Below, piece after piece: positions 37,081-47,584 of a stretch of DNA of 64,000 bases. The notes under the pieces are model-generated. The model was not told where the DNA came from and ran no database searches. It saw only the letters and a list, made by a program, of their open reading frames with translations. Source of the stretch: Alphaproteobacteria bacterium bin98 (GTDB lineage Bacteria > Pseudomonadota > Alphaproteobacteria > Bin98); assembly GCA_002238905.1 (NCBI GenBank), contig MPNG01000003.1:34121-98120 (forward strand), in the 5' to 3' direction. The position numbers and the translations under genes were made by a program. Each line of letters starts with the position of its first letter. The first letter of the stretch is position 1.

Positions 37081-38988
37081 TTGAGGCTTTTTATGCTCTT
37101 TGCGGTACTGTTGTTTCTTCTTTCTACAACATCTCATGGCTTTATTATGTCATCTGCTGATGCAGTACAGGGCTCAAAGCTAGATCAATTCCACTCAAAC
37201 TTCGCTATTTTCTTTTACGGAATTGAGGGTGGCGATGAACAATTAAAAGAAGACTTAGAAAAAGAAATTACCTTTCCAAAAAAAGCATCTATGTCCTCAG
37301 AAGAGGTTTTTGCTTGGTCATTGTCACGCATCCCTAACATTGAAACGATTTTAGCTGGATACGGATACTTTGACGCAGAAGTCGATTTCTTTGTAGATGT
37401 CAGATCTACGCCAAAAATCATCTATTACAATATCCGCCTTGGTCCTTTATACACTATTGGAGCGTTTGCTCTGCGCGCAGATCCTGCACACAGAGGTCCT
37501 GTGGCTCTCATGGCCTCAGATATTGAACAGTTCGGTGTGAGCTTAGGTATGCCAGCTAATAAGCATAAGATTCTTGAGGCAAAAGAAAATATTTTGCGCA
37601 AACTAGGCGAATCAGGGTTTCCTTTTGCCACCATTACCGGAGAAAAAACTGTTTTGAATCGCTCCAAAAAATCGCTGCTGATTTCTTTTCGCATACGCGC
37701 CAATAAACTTGTGCGATACGGAGATGTCTTTTTGGAAGGTGACTCAGATATCAAGCCGGAATTTTTACAGCGTTTTCTTAACTGGGATAAAGGGCACATC
37801 TATAATAAAGCGATTGTGGACCAAGTGGCCCAAGAGCTTATGGACACCGGCGCATTTAAAGAAGTCGTTATTTACTTAGACAAGCAAGGAAAAGAAATGA
37901 GCAACTTAACGCCAGAGGAAATAGAGTTGGAAGATGATGCTCCTGTGGTCACAGTTGATATCTTCTTCCACCTGATTTCTAAGCGAGCGGCTATGGTGAG
38001 ATTTTCTGGTGCGTCTGGCGATGTGGGTGAAGCGTTTGGTTTTGAAGGAACACGCTTTAATAAATTCCAAATGGGAGAAACCTTCTACCTGGATGCGCTT
38101 TTTTCCGCAGAACGCAGCCATATTATGCCACGCTTCTTATTTTCAAATGCTTTTGGCTTTGCAAATGTACAGTCTCTTAGCTCATTAGGCATTCTCTCTG
38201 AGCGCTTTCAAGGATTTTCTACCGGAGTATTTAGAGCAAAACAAACCTTTGATTACATGATTAATGATCATGTTGCCATTTCTGTGGGGGGTGGATTAGA
38301 GTATGCCCGCTATCCAGAAATCAGACCTTCCATTGGTCCAACGGACACCTCTATCACCTCATTTGACGTTTTTGGTGGCATTATTGCAAACTACCTAGAC
38401 AGCACCATCCATCCTAAATCTGGTTGGAAGGCGAAAGCTCTTGCTATTGGATCGGTGGGCGCGTATGGACTTGCTTATAGAATGTCTCGCATCAAGGCGT
38501 CTTTGCGCTTCTTTACCACCCTGAACGCTCGCAAGTCACTGGTATGGGAGAACTGGACAAAAATCTATATGACGCCATCACACATGGATAAGCGCAGCAA
38601 GAAAACAACACCTGGCAACATTCCACTACATCGCATGTGCTACATTAGCGGTCCAAAAGGATTGAGAGGTTATCGCCGTCAACCATTTTCCCTAACGCCT
38701 GAAGACTACATATTAACACCTCACTACTCTATGCTAACCTTCGGAACACAGCTTAACTACTATTTCTCGAAAAACTTTTCACTGTCCGCTTATGTTGATA
38801 TGGGAAAATCATTCGAAAAGGACTATCCCATGCTTACATGGCCTTTGTTCTACTCTTTGGGAGGGTCCGCCCGGTACACCACTAGCTTTGGTGTATTTAG
38901 TATGTCCCTCACCACACCACTAGTAGAAACCGCTTACACCAATCCCGTTGAGTTTGGCATAGCATTCTCCCCGATCTGGGCTGACTAA
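37081..38988 (+). CDS. Omp85-family outer-membrane protein (BamA/TamA-like, short form)
   Basis: The 635 aa protein has a signal peptide, a POTRA-like region and a C-terminal surface-antigen beta-barrel ending in aromatic residues (..FSPIWAD). No tamB-like partner lies adjacent. Confidence 0.55.
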   Translation: MRLFMLFAVLLFLLSTTSHGFIMSSADAVQGSKLDQFHSNFAIFFYGIEGGDEQLKEDLEKEITFPKKASMSSEEVFAWSLSRIPNIETILAGYGYFDAEVDFFVDVRSTPKIIYYNIRLGPLYTIGAFALRADPAHRGPVALMASDIEQFGVSLGMPANKHKILEAKENILRKLGESGFPFATITGEKTVLNRSKKSLLISFRIRANKLVRYGDVFLEGDSDIKPEFLQRFLNWDKGHIYNKAIVDQVAQELMDTGAFKEVVIYLDKQGKEMSNLTPEEIELEDDAPVVTVDIFFHLISKRAAMVRFSGASGDVGEAFGFEGTRFNKFQMGETFYLDALFSAERSHIMPRFLFSNAFGFANVQSLSSLGILSERFQGFSTGVFRAKQTFDYMINDHVAISVGGGLEYARYPEIRPSIGPTDTSITSFDVFGGIIANYLDSTIHPKSGWKAKALAIGSVGAYGLAYRMSRIKASLRFFTTLNARKSLVWENWTKIYMTPSHMDKRSKKTTPGNIPLHRMCYISGPKGLRGYRRQPFSLTPEDYILTPHYSMLTFGTQLNYYFSKNFSLSAYVDMGKSFEKDYPMLTWPLFYSLGGSARYTTSFGVFSMSLTTPLVETAYTNPVEFGIAFSPIWAD

Positions 38989-39464
38989 CCTTTTTGGTGC
39001 TCTTTAATATAGTTTTTAACAATAACGTTTGTTAAATCGCTCATTTTTTTTTGATGTTTTGCAGCACCCACATACGCATCAATTGCAGAAGAAATATGCT
39101 CCATACAAAGATTGAGTTGATAGGACTCAAGCTGCTGAGCCCAGTGCGCTTCTTGCTGAGTACACAGCTCTTGATAGCTGTGGGACCTTGCTTGTGTAAG
39201 CGTTTGCGTTTGCTTTTGAATAGCGGTTACTTCTTGCCCAGCTTCCTGCATAGATTCTTCACTCCTTTGGAGCACGACTTCCATGCGCTCATGCAGCATT
39301 TGAAGAGTTTCGTTTGCTTGCTTCAAAGCGGTGTCTGCGTTATCAAAATCTTCTTTGATAGCTAAAGCGGCTTCATCCAGCATTGCTACAACAGCAGGCC
39401 TCACTTTGACAACAACAAAGATCATAAAAATGCCAAAAGAAATCAGTAGACTTACATCAAACAT
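38985..39464 (-). CDS. atpF: ATP synthase F0 subunit b
   Basis: The 159 aa protein has an N-terminal TM helix followed by a long charged coiled-coil. It sits in the atpI-B-E-F'-F order typical of alphaproteobacteria. Confidence 0.7.
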   Translation of the reverse strand: MFDVSLLISFGIFMIFVVVKVRPAVVAMLDEAALAIKEDFDNADTALKQANETLQMLHERMEVVLQRSEESMQEAGQEVTAIQKQTQTLTQARSHSYQELCTQQEAHWAQQLESYQLNLCMEHISSAIDAYVGAAKHQKKMSDLTNVIVKNYIKEHQKG

Positions 39465-39900
39465 GGGAATCCTTCATCTTTTCCATAAAGCGCTGAACCA
39501 GATCTGCCCAAGGGTAATCTTGAATACTTGCGTCAGCTTGTTTGCAAAGCTGTTCGTATTCATACTCTTTCTTTTGATTATGCTCTCTCAGTTCTTGATT
39601 TAAAGCATCGGTAAAGGTTTGTGTTTCTTTTGTAGATTGGGTGCGCGCTTCTTCCACCACTTGCCTTATATTGTGTAAAATTTCTCGTTCTTTCTTCAAG
39701 ACTTCTTCTTCTTTTTCCAAAATCTTCTGTTCAATTTTTTCTCGCTCAGAGTGCAGACGCTTCAGCGCTTGCGCTCGTTTTTTTTGCAAAGCAAAAAATC
39801 GAGGCACAAGCGACCATTTCAAAAGAGCGAACAAAACGCTCCAGCAGATCATGAGCCAGACTATCTGAGGCGTCCAATACTGCAAAAAGGGCTCAATCAT
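39457..39900 (-). CDS. ATP synthase F0 subunit b'
   Basis: The 147 aa protein has one N-terminal TM helix plus a charged helical region. It sits between atpE and atpF. Confidence 0.65.
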   Translation of the reverse strand: MIEPFLQYWTPQIVWLMICWSVLFALLKWSLVPRFFALQKKRAQALKRLHSEREKIEQKILEKEEEVLKKEREILHNIRQVVEEARTQSTKETQTFTDALNQELREHNQKKEYEYEQLCKQADASIQDYPWADLVQRFMEKMKDSHV

Positions 39901-40121
39901 CGAAACAAGATTAAGAAAGAAACAAGTAACGCAATTAAGCCAACGGCTTCTGTGAGAGCAAATCCCAAAATCGCCATTGGGAAAAGATTTTTCTGCACAC
40001 TTGGGTTCCGTGCAATTGACTGAATAAGGGTGGCAAAAATATTACCAATGCCTATACCCACACCCAGCAAAGGTAGCACCGCTAACCCTGCTGCAATAAG
40101 TTTTGCTGATTCAACTTCCAT
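39897..40121 (-). CDS. atpE: ATP synthase F0 subunit c
   Basis: The 74 aa proteolipid reads [29 protein letters not shown]...[12 protein letters not shown], with the conserved acidic residue in helix 2. Confidence 0.9.
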   Translation of the reverse strand: MEVESAKLIAAGLAVLPLLGVGIGIGNIFATLIQSIARNPSVQKNLFPMAILGFALTEAVGLIALLVSFLILFR

Positions 40122-40159
40122 TTATATACCTCTTTTCTAACTACATTATAGCAGGGTCG

Positions 40160-40879
40160 TCAATGCCCCTTAACCGCTTCTTGTAAATAAAGGCTACTGA
40201 GCACAGAAAACACATATCCTTGAAGGACCGCTATACTCACCTCTAACACAAAAAGCACTGCATTAAGCAACCCCACACAAACGCTAATCACGCTTATGCC
40301 AGCAATAAAAGATGCGAACACCGCCAAAATAGAGTGTCCTGCCACCATATTAACAAAAAGACGCAAACCCAAACTTAAAGGGCGGGTAAAAAATGATAAA
40401 ATTTCTACCGGAATAATAAGAGGGTAAAGCCACGCCGACACACCGTGAGGAACGAACTGTTTAAAAAATTTAAGGCCTCTTTTTTTTATGCCAAGCACAA
40501 TGGACACCAAAAATACCACAATAGCCATAAACATAGTAACGATCAATTGACTGGTAAAAGTGAACGCTCCCGGCACAAGTCCCACAACATTGCCAAACAC
40601 AACTATTAAAAAAATCGAGAGGGTAAACGGCAACACCTGCTTGGTAAGTTGATCGTTAACTGGACCAATCATACCAGCCACCAAAAAGAAGCTTTTTTCC
40701 ACCAACATTTGCCAACGACTTGGTTGCATCTGAGCTCTGTATAAAATAGAACAAAAAGCCACCACACCAAACAGGCTCACAAACATAAAAAGCACACCGT
40801 TTGTAAGTGTAAGATCCCAACCCATCACGCCAAACTGACATAAGGGTTTTTGAAAAAATTGCAGCATAGGATTTGTCAT
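40160..40879 (-). CDS. atpB: ATP synthase F0 subunit a
   Basis: The 239 aa protein has LSLGLRLFVNMVAGHSILAVF (the conserved Arg region) and a polytopic membrane topology. Confidence 0.85.
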   Translation of the reverse strand: MTNPMLQFFQKPLCQFGVMGWDLTLTNGVLFMFVSLFGVVAFCSILYRAQMQPSRWQMLVEKSFFLVAGMIGPVNDQLTKQVLPFTLSIFLIVVFGNVVGLVPGAFTFTSQLIVTMFMAIVVFLVSIVLGIKKRGLKFFKQFVPHGVSAWLYPLIIPVEILSFFTRPLSLGLRLFVNMVAGHSILAVFASFIAGISVISVCVGLLNAVLFVLEVSIAVLQGYVFSVLSSLYLQEAVKGH

Positions 40880-41094
40880 GCAAGGTACCTACGCACACGC
40901 TTATAAATACTAAAAAGTGCTAACATAACACCTATAATGCCGCCCACACTAAAACCAAAGACATGAGAACAAACACCAAAACAACTAATGCCATATCCAA
41001 TCGCACCCAGCACAAGAGCCATAACGATCATTTCTGATGTAGTGGCTGCTAGAATCTTAAAAAACGTTTTTTTATTTATTTCTTTACCCATCAC
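40876..41094 (-). CDS. atpI: ATP synthase protein I-like small membrane protein
   Basis: The 72 aa protein has two hydrophobic helices and lies immediately upstream of atpB. Confidence 0.5.
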   Translation of the reverse strand: MMGKEINKKTFFKILAATTSEMIVMALVLGAIGYGISCFGVCSHVFGFSVGGIIGVMLALFSIYKRVRRYLA

Positions 41095-41800
41095 ACCTCA
41101 GTTTAGCATTTTTTTGCTTTCGTCTCTTGTTTAGGTTTTTTTGTCTTGTGTTTTCTAACTTTTCTTGGGCTTCCAATTGGTCTTCCAAAAAGCTTGTAAG
41201 GTTTGTGAGTGTATCCACTATATGGAGTTCATTGGTGAGAGAGTCCATCACTAAAAAGAAGGGCAAATATTGGATAGTGTAAATCATATCAAGGCCTTGG
41301 CGTTGCTGCAATTGACTCACCCTTGCCTCTTCTATTTTGTTGTAATATTCGGCGCTAAGCGTAAAGCCTGATGCTTCCAAAAATTTCGTCATAAATTCAA
41401 GCGTAGATACGCCTTCCGCCCCCCATCTATTTTGCTGTTCTAGCATATAGGGCCTAACGGTATCTTGCAATTTTTTAGGCAAAACAGAAATCATAGCCAT
41501 AGCCGTTAAATCTTTTTTTGTTAAAAAATAATCAATATCCCGGAAAGAAGCTATTTTTCCAAAGCGCTTGACAAACATTGCTTGTCCCTTAAGCACAAAT
41601 GCTAAACAACCAGGACAACCTACCGACGTAAGCGAATAGACCACAAAACGTGCCTTAGGGTTGTGAAAAACCCAATGCCCTTCAAGGGTCAAAAACACTT
41701 CGGCGGCATCAGGATCATGTTTGACAGCTATCTGAGATTTAGCGAACAGGGATAGTGCACACAAAAACATACAGATAAGAAGTGAAAAGTTTTTCATCAT
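41084..41800 (-). CDS. Periplasmic thioredoxin-fold thiol:disulfide oxidoreductase (DsbA-like)
   Basis: The protein has a signal peptide, MMKNFSLLICMFLCALSLFA, and the CPGC active-site motif (SLTSVGCPGCLAF). Confidence 0.6.
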   Translation of the reverse strand: MMKNFSLLICMFLCALSLFAKSQIAVKHDPDAAEVFLTLEGHWVFHNPKARFVVYSLTSVGCPGCLAFVLKGQAMFVKRFGKIASFRDIDYFLTKKDLTAMAMISVLPKKLQDTVRPYMLEQQNRWGAEGVSTLEFMTKFLEASGFTLSAEYYNKIEEARVSQLQQRQGLDMIYTIQYLPFFLVMDSLTNELHIVDTLTNLTSFLEDQLEAQEKLENTRQKNLNKRRKQKNAKLRCDG

Positions 41801-42132
41801 CTTCTGGCCACCACACGAACATTTTGGATAATTTTTTGATTATAGTATTGATTAATAGCATCACGCATAAAAAGGGTTTCGTGCTGCATAATCAATGCCG
41901 CCCCTTGCGAGGCAACACGCACGGTCAACTGGCCCGCAGCACTTCGTTCGGGTATTTTAAACCACAACTTATCGGGAACAGTTTGTTCTGCTAAAGACGA
42001 ACCGACTATATTAGGCCACTCCGCTTGCATTAACGCAAGCCATTCTAGATCAGACGGCGGTCTAAGCCGCTCTACCAAAGATCGAGCACACTGTTGTACC
42101 TGGCGAAAAGAGCCTGGCCCAACAAAGCGCAT
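41797..42132 (-). CDS. DUF721/DciA-like small protein
   Basis: The 111 aa basic protein is called from size and sequence pattern only. The call is weak. Confidence 0.3.
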   Translation of the reverse strand: MRFVGPGSFRQVQQCARSLVERLRPPSDLEWLALMQAEWPNIVGSSLAEQTVPDKLWFKIPERSAAGQLTVRVASQGAALIMQHETLFMRDAINQYYNQKIIQNVRVVARR

Positions 42133-42133
42133 A

Positions 42134-42436
42134 TTACCCGTTTTCCTTTTTGAGCAACTGCTTCCGCAACACGCGTAGTTTTGGGTGCAAAATGCGCTCT
42201 TTTTGAGCTAAAACAAATTGATCAATCCCGCCACTTTTTTCCACAATACGCAAAGCTTTTGGAGTCACACGCAAACGCACACAAATGCCTAGCTTGCTAA
42301 AAAACGTATTATTCTGTAGGTTAATGTCAAACCTTCTTTTAGTTCTGTTATGAGCGTGGCTGAGGTTATACCCCATACGGCCTTTACGCCATGTAATTTC
42401 ACAAATTCTGGACACAGAAATCTCCTCGGATACCAT
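42134..42436 (-). CDS. rpmB: 50S ribosomal protein L28
   Basis: The protein has SRICEITWRKGRMGYNLSHAHNRTKRRFDINLQ, the L28 signature. The start is placed at the internal Met (the track ORF extends to 42463). Confidence 0.8.
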   Translation of the reverse strand: MVSEEISVSRICEITWRKGRMGYNLSHAHNRTKRRFDINLQNNTFFSKLGICVRLRVTPKALRIVEKSGGIDQFVLAQKERILHPKLRVLRKQLLKKENG

Positions 42437-42518
42437 TATCCCATAGTGGTCAGGTTGAATCAAGAGAACAAAACAAAAAGCCTCTCATTTGAGAGACTTT
42501 TTGTTCTATGGGTTAAGG

Positions 42519-44201
42519 TTAGTACGCCTCAACCAACGGAGAGGACTCCGGAACAATTGGTTGCAACAACACAGAGGGGCAAACATCAGAAGCGTGAGGC
42601 GGAGTCTTGAAAGCCTTCCAGTGCGCGGCAAAAGACACTTGAGAAAAAGAAAAACACCCTGCCGTCATTGCCATAAGAGGCACATGGAGATGGCTGGAAC
42701 CGTTTTCGCGTATCTGGCGCACCAAGTCTTGAGCTACTTGGATCGATGGTTTTGTATCGGCATCCTCTATCATTTTTAGAGAAAAGAATTGCGCAACTTC
42801 AGCCAAATAGCGGATTCTTTCCGAGTGCTTGTCTCCAGGAATGAGTCCATACTCTGCGTTCATAGCATAACCCAGAAATAATTGCATCCTGCCCATTTTT
42901 TCTGACTGGTTAGCCAATATAGTCATGGTCTCAGCAGTTTTTTGAGGAAATTCGCCCGTCAGAGGAGGAGGAGCAGCATCTACCTCTTCTCGACCATGCA
43001 CGGTGTCATCCGCATGCACAACTGCCTCCACCACCTCCTCAGTGAGCGTGGCATAGTCTCCGAAGTTCTCCATCAGATCACTGCCCGTAGTTTTCAAGCA
43101 CTGACCTATACAGCAAAATAATGATTTAAGCCAGTGTCGGCCACCATTATTTCTAAACTCTTCCATGCCTGTTGTGCTTCCTTTAGCCACAGCATTGAGC
43201 CCCATTTTGCCCAGTGGCATAATTTTTTGAATGACTGCCATAACAGCTTTCATTTTTTGAATCTCCTCGCTGGTACCTACTGTCTCTGATTCGTCGCCAT
43301 CTACTGCCTCTAATCCGACTTTTTTCCTGCGGAGCAAATCCGAAAGTGCATTGAAGGGTTTTTCCAAAAAATCATCAAAAGTTACTTCATTAGTGCTAAC
43401 CCTTTCAGCCCAACGATCTGCTTGAGCAGCCAGCCTTTCAGCAATGCTGTGATAAAAATCAGTAACCCGAGAATTTACGGATGAGAGGTCTTGATCTATT
43501 ACGCTAGGCAGAGCCATTACCGCAGTTTGCATCACAAGAATGGCATGCTTTAGCAAATTGCTATTCAACAAATCAGCAAAATGCACGGCATCACGTGCGA
43601 CTAATCCAAGCCCAGACAAGGATCGCCTGACACAATCTGACACTGTTGTTTGACTTACGTTTGCGGGAGCAACACACCAAACCTTCTTGACTATAGCCTG
43701 GAACATATCGTTATTTTTATCACACCAATCGGCTGCTAACTCAGAGGCGCACTGAGCCACTAATTTATGAGACGCCTGGGCTTGAGCCATAAGAGATGAG
43801 CGGAACGGTTCATGCGGGATACGCACCTTTGCTGGTCCTACAGGAACAAATCTGCTCTCTGGCGGTTCAACTACAGCGAATCGAGGCCTAACTCTGGAAC
43901 CCGCATTTATCCCTTCTGTGCCCTGCTTCGGATCTATATTCAGACTCACCTCTTGAGCCGACGTCAGATCCACTCTCTCTACCTCTACACCTAGCGCCTG
44001 TGCCTCCTGAAACGACGGATTAAATGCTATGCCCCCCTCTTCAACACCCAAAGCCAGGTTCAGATCTGAGGTACTGCTGCCTAAATCCCGCATCCTCTCT
44101 TTTGTCGCCACTAATGTAGAGCTGGATACGATCGATGTATCTGCGAACTCCTCCAGCGCTCCGTACACCAGCGCCACTAAAAAATATAATAAATAAAACA
44201 T
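42519..44201 (-). CDS. Large secreted/membrane-anchored hypothetical protein with no recognisable family
   Basis: The 560 aa protein has a hydrophobic N-terminus, MFYLLYFLVALVYGAL. There are no enzymatic motifs, and acidic/Pro-rich segments are present. A 550-bp noncoding region lies upstream. Confidence 0.5.
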   Translation of the reverse strand: MFYLLYFLVALVYGALEEFADTSIVSSSTLVATKERMRDLGSSTSDLNLALGVEEGGIAFNPSFQEAQALGVEVERVDLTSAQEVSLNIDPKQGTEGINAGSRVRPRFAVVEPPESRFVPVGPAKVRIPHEPFRSSLMAQAQASHKLVAQCASELAADWCDKNNDMFQAIVKKVWCVAPANVSQTTVSDCVRRSLSGLGLVARDAVHFADLLNSNLLKHAILVMQTAVMALPSVIDQDLSSVNSRVTDFYHSIAERLAAQADRWAERVSTNEVTFDDFLEKPFNALSDLLRRKKVGLEAVDGDESETVGTSEEIQKMKAVMAVIQKIMPLGKMGLNAVAKGSTTGMEEFRNNGGRHWLKSLFCCIGQCLKTTGSDLMENFGDYATLTEEVVEAVVHADDTVHGREEVDAAPPPLTGEFPQKTAETMTILANQSEKMGRMQLFLGYAMNAEYGLIPGDKHSERIRYLAEVAQFFSLKMIEDADTKPSIQVAQDLVRQIRENGSSHLHVPLMAMTAGCFSFSQVSFAAHWKAFKTPPHASDVCPSVLLQPIVPESSPLVEAY

Positions 44202-44751
44202 ATCAAACCTCCATCCAAGGTTGCCATCAAAAAAACTAGCCTGTCAACAAAAATGATGTTTGCAAACAGATAACGCTAGAGATATCCGGGATAGTTTTGC
44301 AAGGATAGGGTTATTAGAAACAATGTCCTAACCATCTCACATCCGCCGCACTCATAGTTGAATAAAATCTAACAATCTTCTCACTAAAAACCACCTTCCA
44401 CAATCAAATCTATACGCTTGGTCAATAGGATGTTTGGTTAAGAAATGTCTATTTCTCAGCGTTATAAGAAGAAAAAAATCGGCAAAATAATATTTCTAGG
44501 GTGTATAAGCTTGCGGCGCGAACATATCACGCAAAAACTTAGAAACACACAAGACAGGTTTTATAAAAAGAGTAAAAAATATTTTATGCGCAGATACGCC
44601 CATGCAACTTTCTTTTTTATTCTTAATAAACTCTAACAAACTCAGACCTCTCTTCCGCTATAAAACCAACACTGCATAATGTATTTGTAATCTATATCGT
44701 AGCTCTTTATTGCAAAATCACCCTCTTTTAATTACCATGGTTTAGCGCCAG

Positions 44752-46284
44752 ATGATTAATAACCGACTGCAATTTTTAAAAAAAACCCTATGGGTTGCCA
44801 TTTTTACGATTGGCAGCCGTATATTAGGGTACTTTCGCGAAAGAATGCTTGCACAATTTTTAGGTGTTTGCGCTTCTACGGATGCACTTCTTATTGCCAT
44901 CAAGCTTCCCTCGTTTTTTAGACGCAGTTTAGCGGAAGGTGCGCTAAGCTCCTCCTTTGTACCCATTTTATCTTCCGAGCTGCATAATAAAGAAAACCAG
45001 TCTTCCCTCATTCTCACCTCTCTTGCCTTTCTTGCGCTTGCATTAGCGCCTCTTATTTTTTCCTTTGAAATTTGGACTGACTCTATTATCACAACTCTTT
45101 TTCCCAAACTTACCGAAACGCCAACAAGACTACAACTCACCATTCACTTTTCTCGCATCATCTTTCCTTTTATTGGAATGATTAGTTTAGCCAGCTTGTT
45201 TAGCGGCATTTTGCAAAGCCACCTTCGCTTTAATCTGGTTGCCAGCGCCCCCATGATGGGAAACCTTTCGCTCATCATCACAGGGCTGTGCTTTTTGCCA
45301 GCGGCAGAAGAAAAAGCCGGTGCTATTTTCGCCTGGTCTGTTTTGGTATCTGGGTGTGTCCATTTTTTATGGGTGTGCATACCCGCCATACGCCTTATTC
45401 CGAGAGGGGGTGTTGTGAACTTTTCCTCCCCCGCCTTTCAAAAATTCATCAAAAACTTTTTTCCTGGCGTTATAGGAACTACAAGCCTCCAAATCAACAT
45501 TCTTATCGATACTATCTTTATTACACTGTTAGGAGTAGGGGGGGCTTCTTACCTATCTTACGCAGATCGCATTATACAACTTCCTATCAGTGTCATCAGC
45601 GCCTCGCTCAGCCTCACACTATTGCCAGCACTCACACTCAGTATTGCTCAAAAAGAAAAACAAATGTTTGATAAACTTTTTGCCCTCAGCATTTCCTTTT
45701 GTTTGATTTTTGCCATACCAGCATCTTTGGCGTGCCTACATCTGAGCGCATTCCTTATTCGCGCACTTTACAACTACGGATCCTTTTCCCAGGAACATAT
45801 CACCCCAACAGCACACACACTAATGGCCTTTGCATTAGGCCTACCCGCTTTTTTGCTTTCTAAAGTCTTATCAACATTATTTTTTGCCCACAAAGACACG
45901 CGCACTCCTGCACTCATCACATTAATTTCCGTTTCCATATGCATTATCAGCAACCTCATTTTGCTCAAATCATGGCAGCACATAGGATTAGCGCTTTCCA
46001 CAACCATCAGCGCTTACGTCCACACTCTATGCCTTTACGTTATTGCCAAAAGAAGAAAAATTCTTCCCAACAAACTTTCCAAAAAAATCATGCTTTCACG
46101 CATTATCATCACAAATATATTGTTTTTTCTCTTTATCAAATACACGGGACCAATGCTTGTAGAATACGTCTATGACTGGAATCGTTTTGTAGGAATATGC
46201 GCTCTTGTTGGCTTCATAGTTATGGTATACTCCATTATCGCCTTTTCTTGTGGTTTGTGGGGCGTTTGGAGAAAAAGCCAGTGA
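44752..46284 (+). CDS. murJ: Lipid II flippase MurJ (MviN)
   Basis: The 510 aa protein has about 14 TM segments, and the N-terminus TIGSRILGYFRERMLAQFLGV is the MurJ signature. Confidence 0.8.
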   Translation: MINNRLQFLKKTLWVAIFTIGSRILGYFRERMLAQFLGVCASTDALLIAIKLPSFFRRSLAEGALSSSFVPILSSELHNKENQSSLILTSLAFLALALAPLIFSFEIWTDSIITTLFPKLTETPTRLQLTIHFSRIIFPFIGMISLASLFSGILQSHLRFNLVASAPMMGNLSLIITGLCFLPAAEEKAGAIFAWSVLVSGCVHFLWVCIPAIRLIPRGGVVNFSSPAFQKFIKNFFPGVIGTTSLQINILIDTIFITLLGVGGASYLSYADRIIQLPISVISASLSLTLLPALTLSIAQKEKQMFDKLFALSISFCLIFAIPASLACLHLSAFLIRALYNYGSFSQEHITPTAHTLMAFALGLPAFLLSKVLSTLFFAHKDTRTPALITLISVSICIISNLILLKSWQHIGLALSTTISAYVHTLCLYVIAKRRKILPNKLSKKIMLSRIIITNILFFLFIKYTGPMLVEYVYDWNRFVGICALVGFIVMVYSIIAFSCGLWGVWRKSQ

Positions 46285-47582
46285 CAATTGCAGCATTTAT
46301 ATTAGCAGGCGGGCAGGGAAAGCGCGTAGCAGGACCGATTGCAAAAATAGAGCTTCCCATTGCAGGGTTGCCTTGCATTCAACACCTCCTTAATACTGTA
46401 GAAAGCATTAAGTCTTTAGTGCCCTTTATTATTGCCTCACCTGAATTTGCACAAAAACATACACACCACGCAATACAAAAAATTCCGCACGGAACAGGAG
46501 ATGCTGTACGTGTTGGATGCCAAGCGTGGGGCAGCACACCTCCTGATGTCGTTCTTATCCTTTACGCTGACGTTCCACTTATTAGCAAAGAATCGTTAGA
46601 AAGCCTTTTGGAGCGTCATGTTCAGGACAACAACGACATCTCGTTGTTGTCTTTTAACGCCCCCTTACCGAATAACTATGGTCGCATCATTGCTCGCGAA
46701 GATGACCATAGCGTACAAGCTATTATTGACGGCGCAGACGAAAAACGTGCACTTTCGGGATGCATATTGGCATACAGCGGCATTATGGCGATTAACGGCC
46801 CTCTTCTTTGGAAGAGCATAAAAAAACTTTCCCAGAACAACCAACAAGGCGAACTCTACCTCACAGATATTGTTCAAATAGCCCACAAAGAACACCACAA
46901 AGTACAGCACTGTATGATTCCACAAGAAGAAGCTCAAGGGCTCAACACATGGCAGGACTGGATGAACCTGGAAAATATTTTTCAATCACGCATGCGCTCA
47001 AAATGGTTTGAACAAGGCACTCTCATCAGCGAACTGGTCCACCTGCATCATGACACTCAGCTAGAATCCGGCATTCGCATAGAGCCCTTCGTAACCTTAG
47101 GAGCGCAAGTCTCTATTCAAAAAGGGGCACATATCTTACCTCACTCACATATTTCCAACAGCACCATTGGCCCGAATGCCCTCATTGGCCCGTTTGCACA
47201 CATTCACAGCAACTCTCATATTCATAGCCACAGCCACATTGGAAATTTTGTAGAATGCAAAGAAACACAAGCCATGGAATATGTAAAAGCCAAGCACCTC
47301 GCTTACTTAGGAAACGCCACACTACACAAGCACACCAACGTAGGCGCCGGCGCTGTATGTGCTAATTACGATGGAAAAGCAAAACACCAAACTATCGTGG
47401 AAGAAGGTGGTTTTGTGGGAGCAAACACCACATTAATTGCCCCTATCACAGTAGAAAAAAATGCCTTTATTGCCGCAGGATCCACTGTAACAAAAAATAT
47501 TCCGGAAAACGCTCTGGCCATTGCGCGCCCTCCTCAAGAAAACAAACAAGGGTGGGCGTCTGCTTGTAAAAAGAAATCGTAA
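46281..47582 (+). CDS. glmU: Bifunctional N-acetylglucosamine-1-phosphate uridyltransferase/glucosamine-1-phosphate acetyltransferase
   Basis: The N-terminus has AFILAGGQGKRV and GTGDAV. The C-terminal LbH hexapeptide repeats read NVGAGAVCANYDGKAKHQTIVEEGGFVGANTTLIAPITV. The start is placed at the GTG overlapping the murJ stop (GTGA); the track ORF starts at 46197. Confidence 0.8.
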   Translation: MTIAAFILAGGQGKRVAGPIAKIELPIAGLPCIQHLLNTVESIKSLVPFIIASPEFAQKHTHHAIQKIPHGTGDAVRVGCQAWGSTPPDVVLILYADVPLISKESLESLLERHVQDNNDISLLSFNAPLPNNYGRIIAREDDHSVQAIIDGADEKRALSGCILAYSGIMAINGPLLWKSIKKLSQNNQQGELYLTDIVQIAHKEHHKVQHCMIPQEEAQGLNTWQDWMNLENIFQSRMRSKWFEQGTLISELVHLHHDTQLESGIRIEPFVTLGAQVSIQKGAHILPHSHISNSTIGPNALIGPFAHIHSNSHIHSHSHIGNFVECKETQAMEYVKAKHLAYLGNATLHKHTNVGAGAVCANYDGKAKHQTIVEEGGFVGANTTLIAPITVEKNAFIAAGSTVTKNIPENALAIARPPQENKQGWASACKKKS

Positions 47583-47584
47583 TT

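Noticed and set aside
44202-44751. The 550-bp noncoding gap was checked for tmRNA, 6S, RNase P or SRP RNA signatures and for repeats.
   Set aside because: No recognisable conserved ncRNA motifs or repeat structure were visible by eye. It is left as an unexplained noncoding region under the 560 aa ORFan finding.
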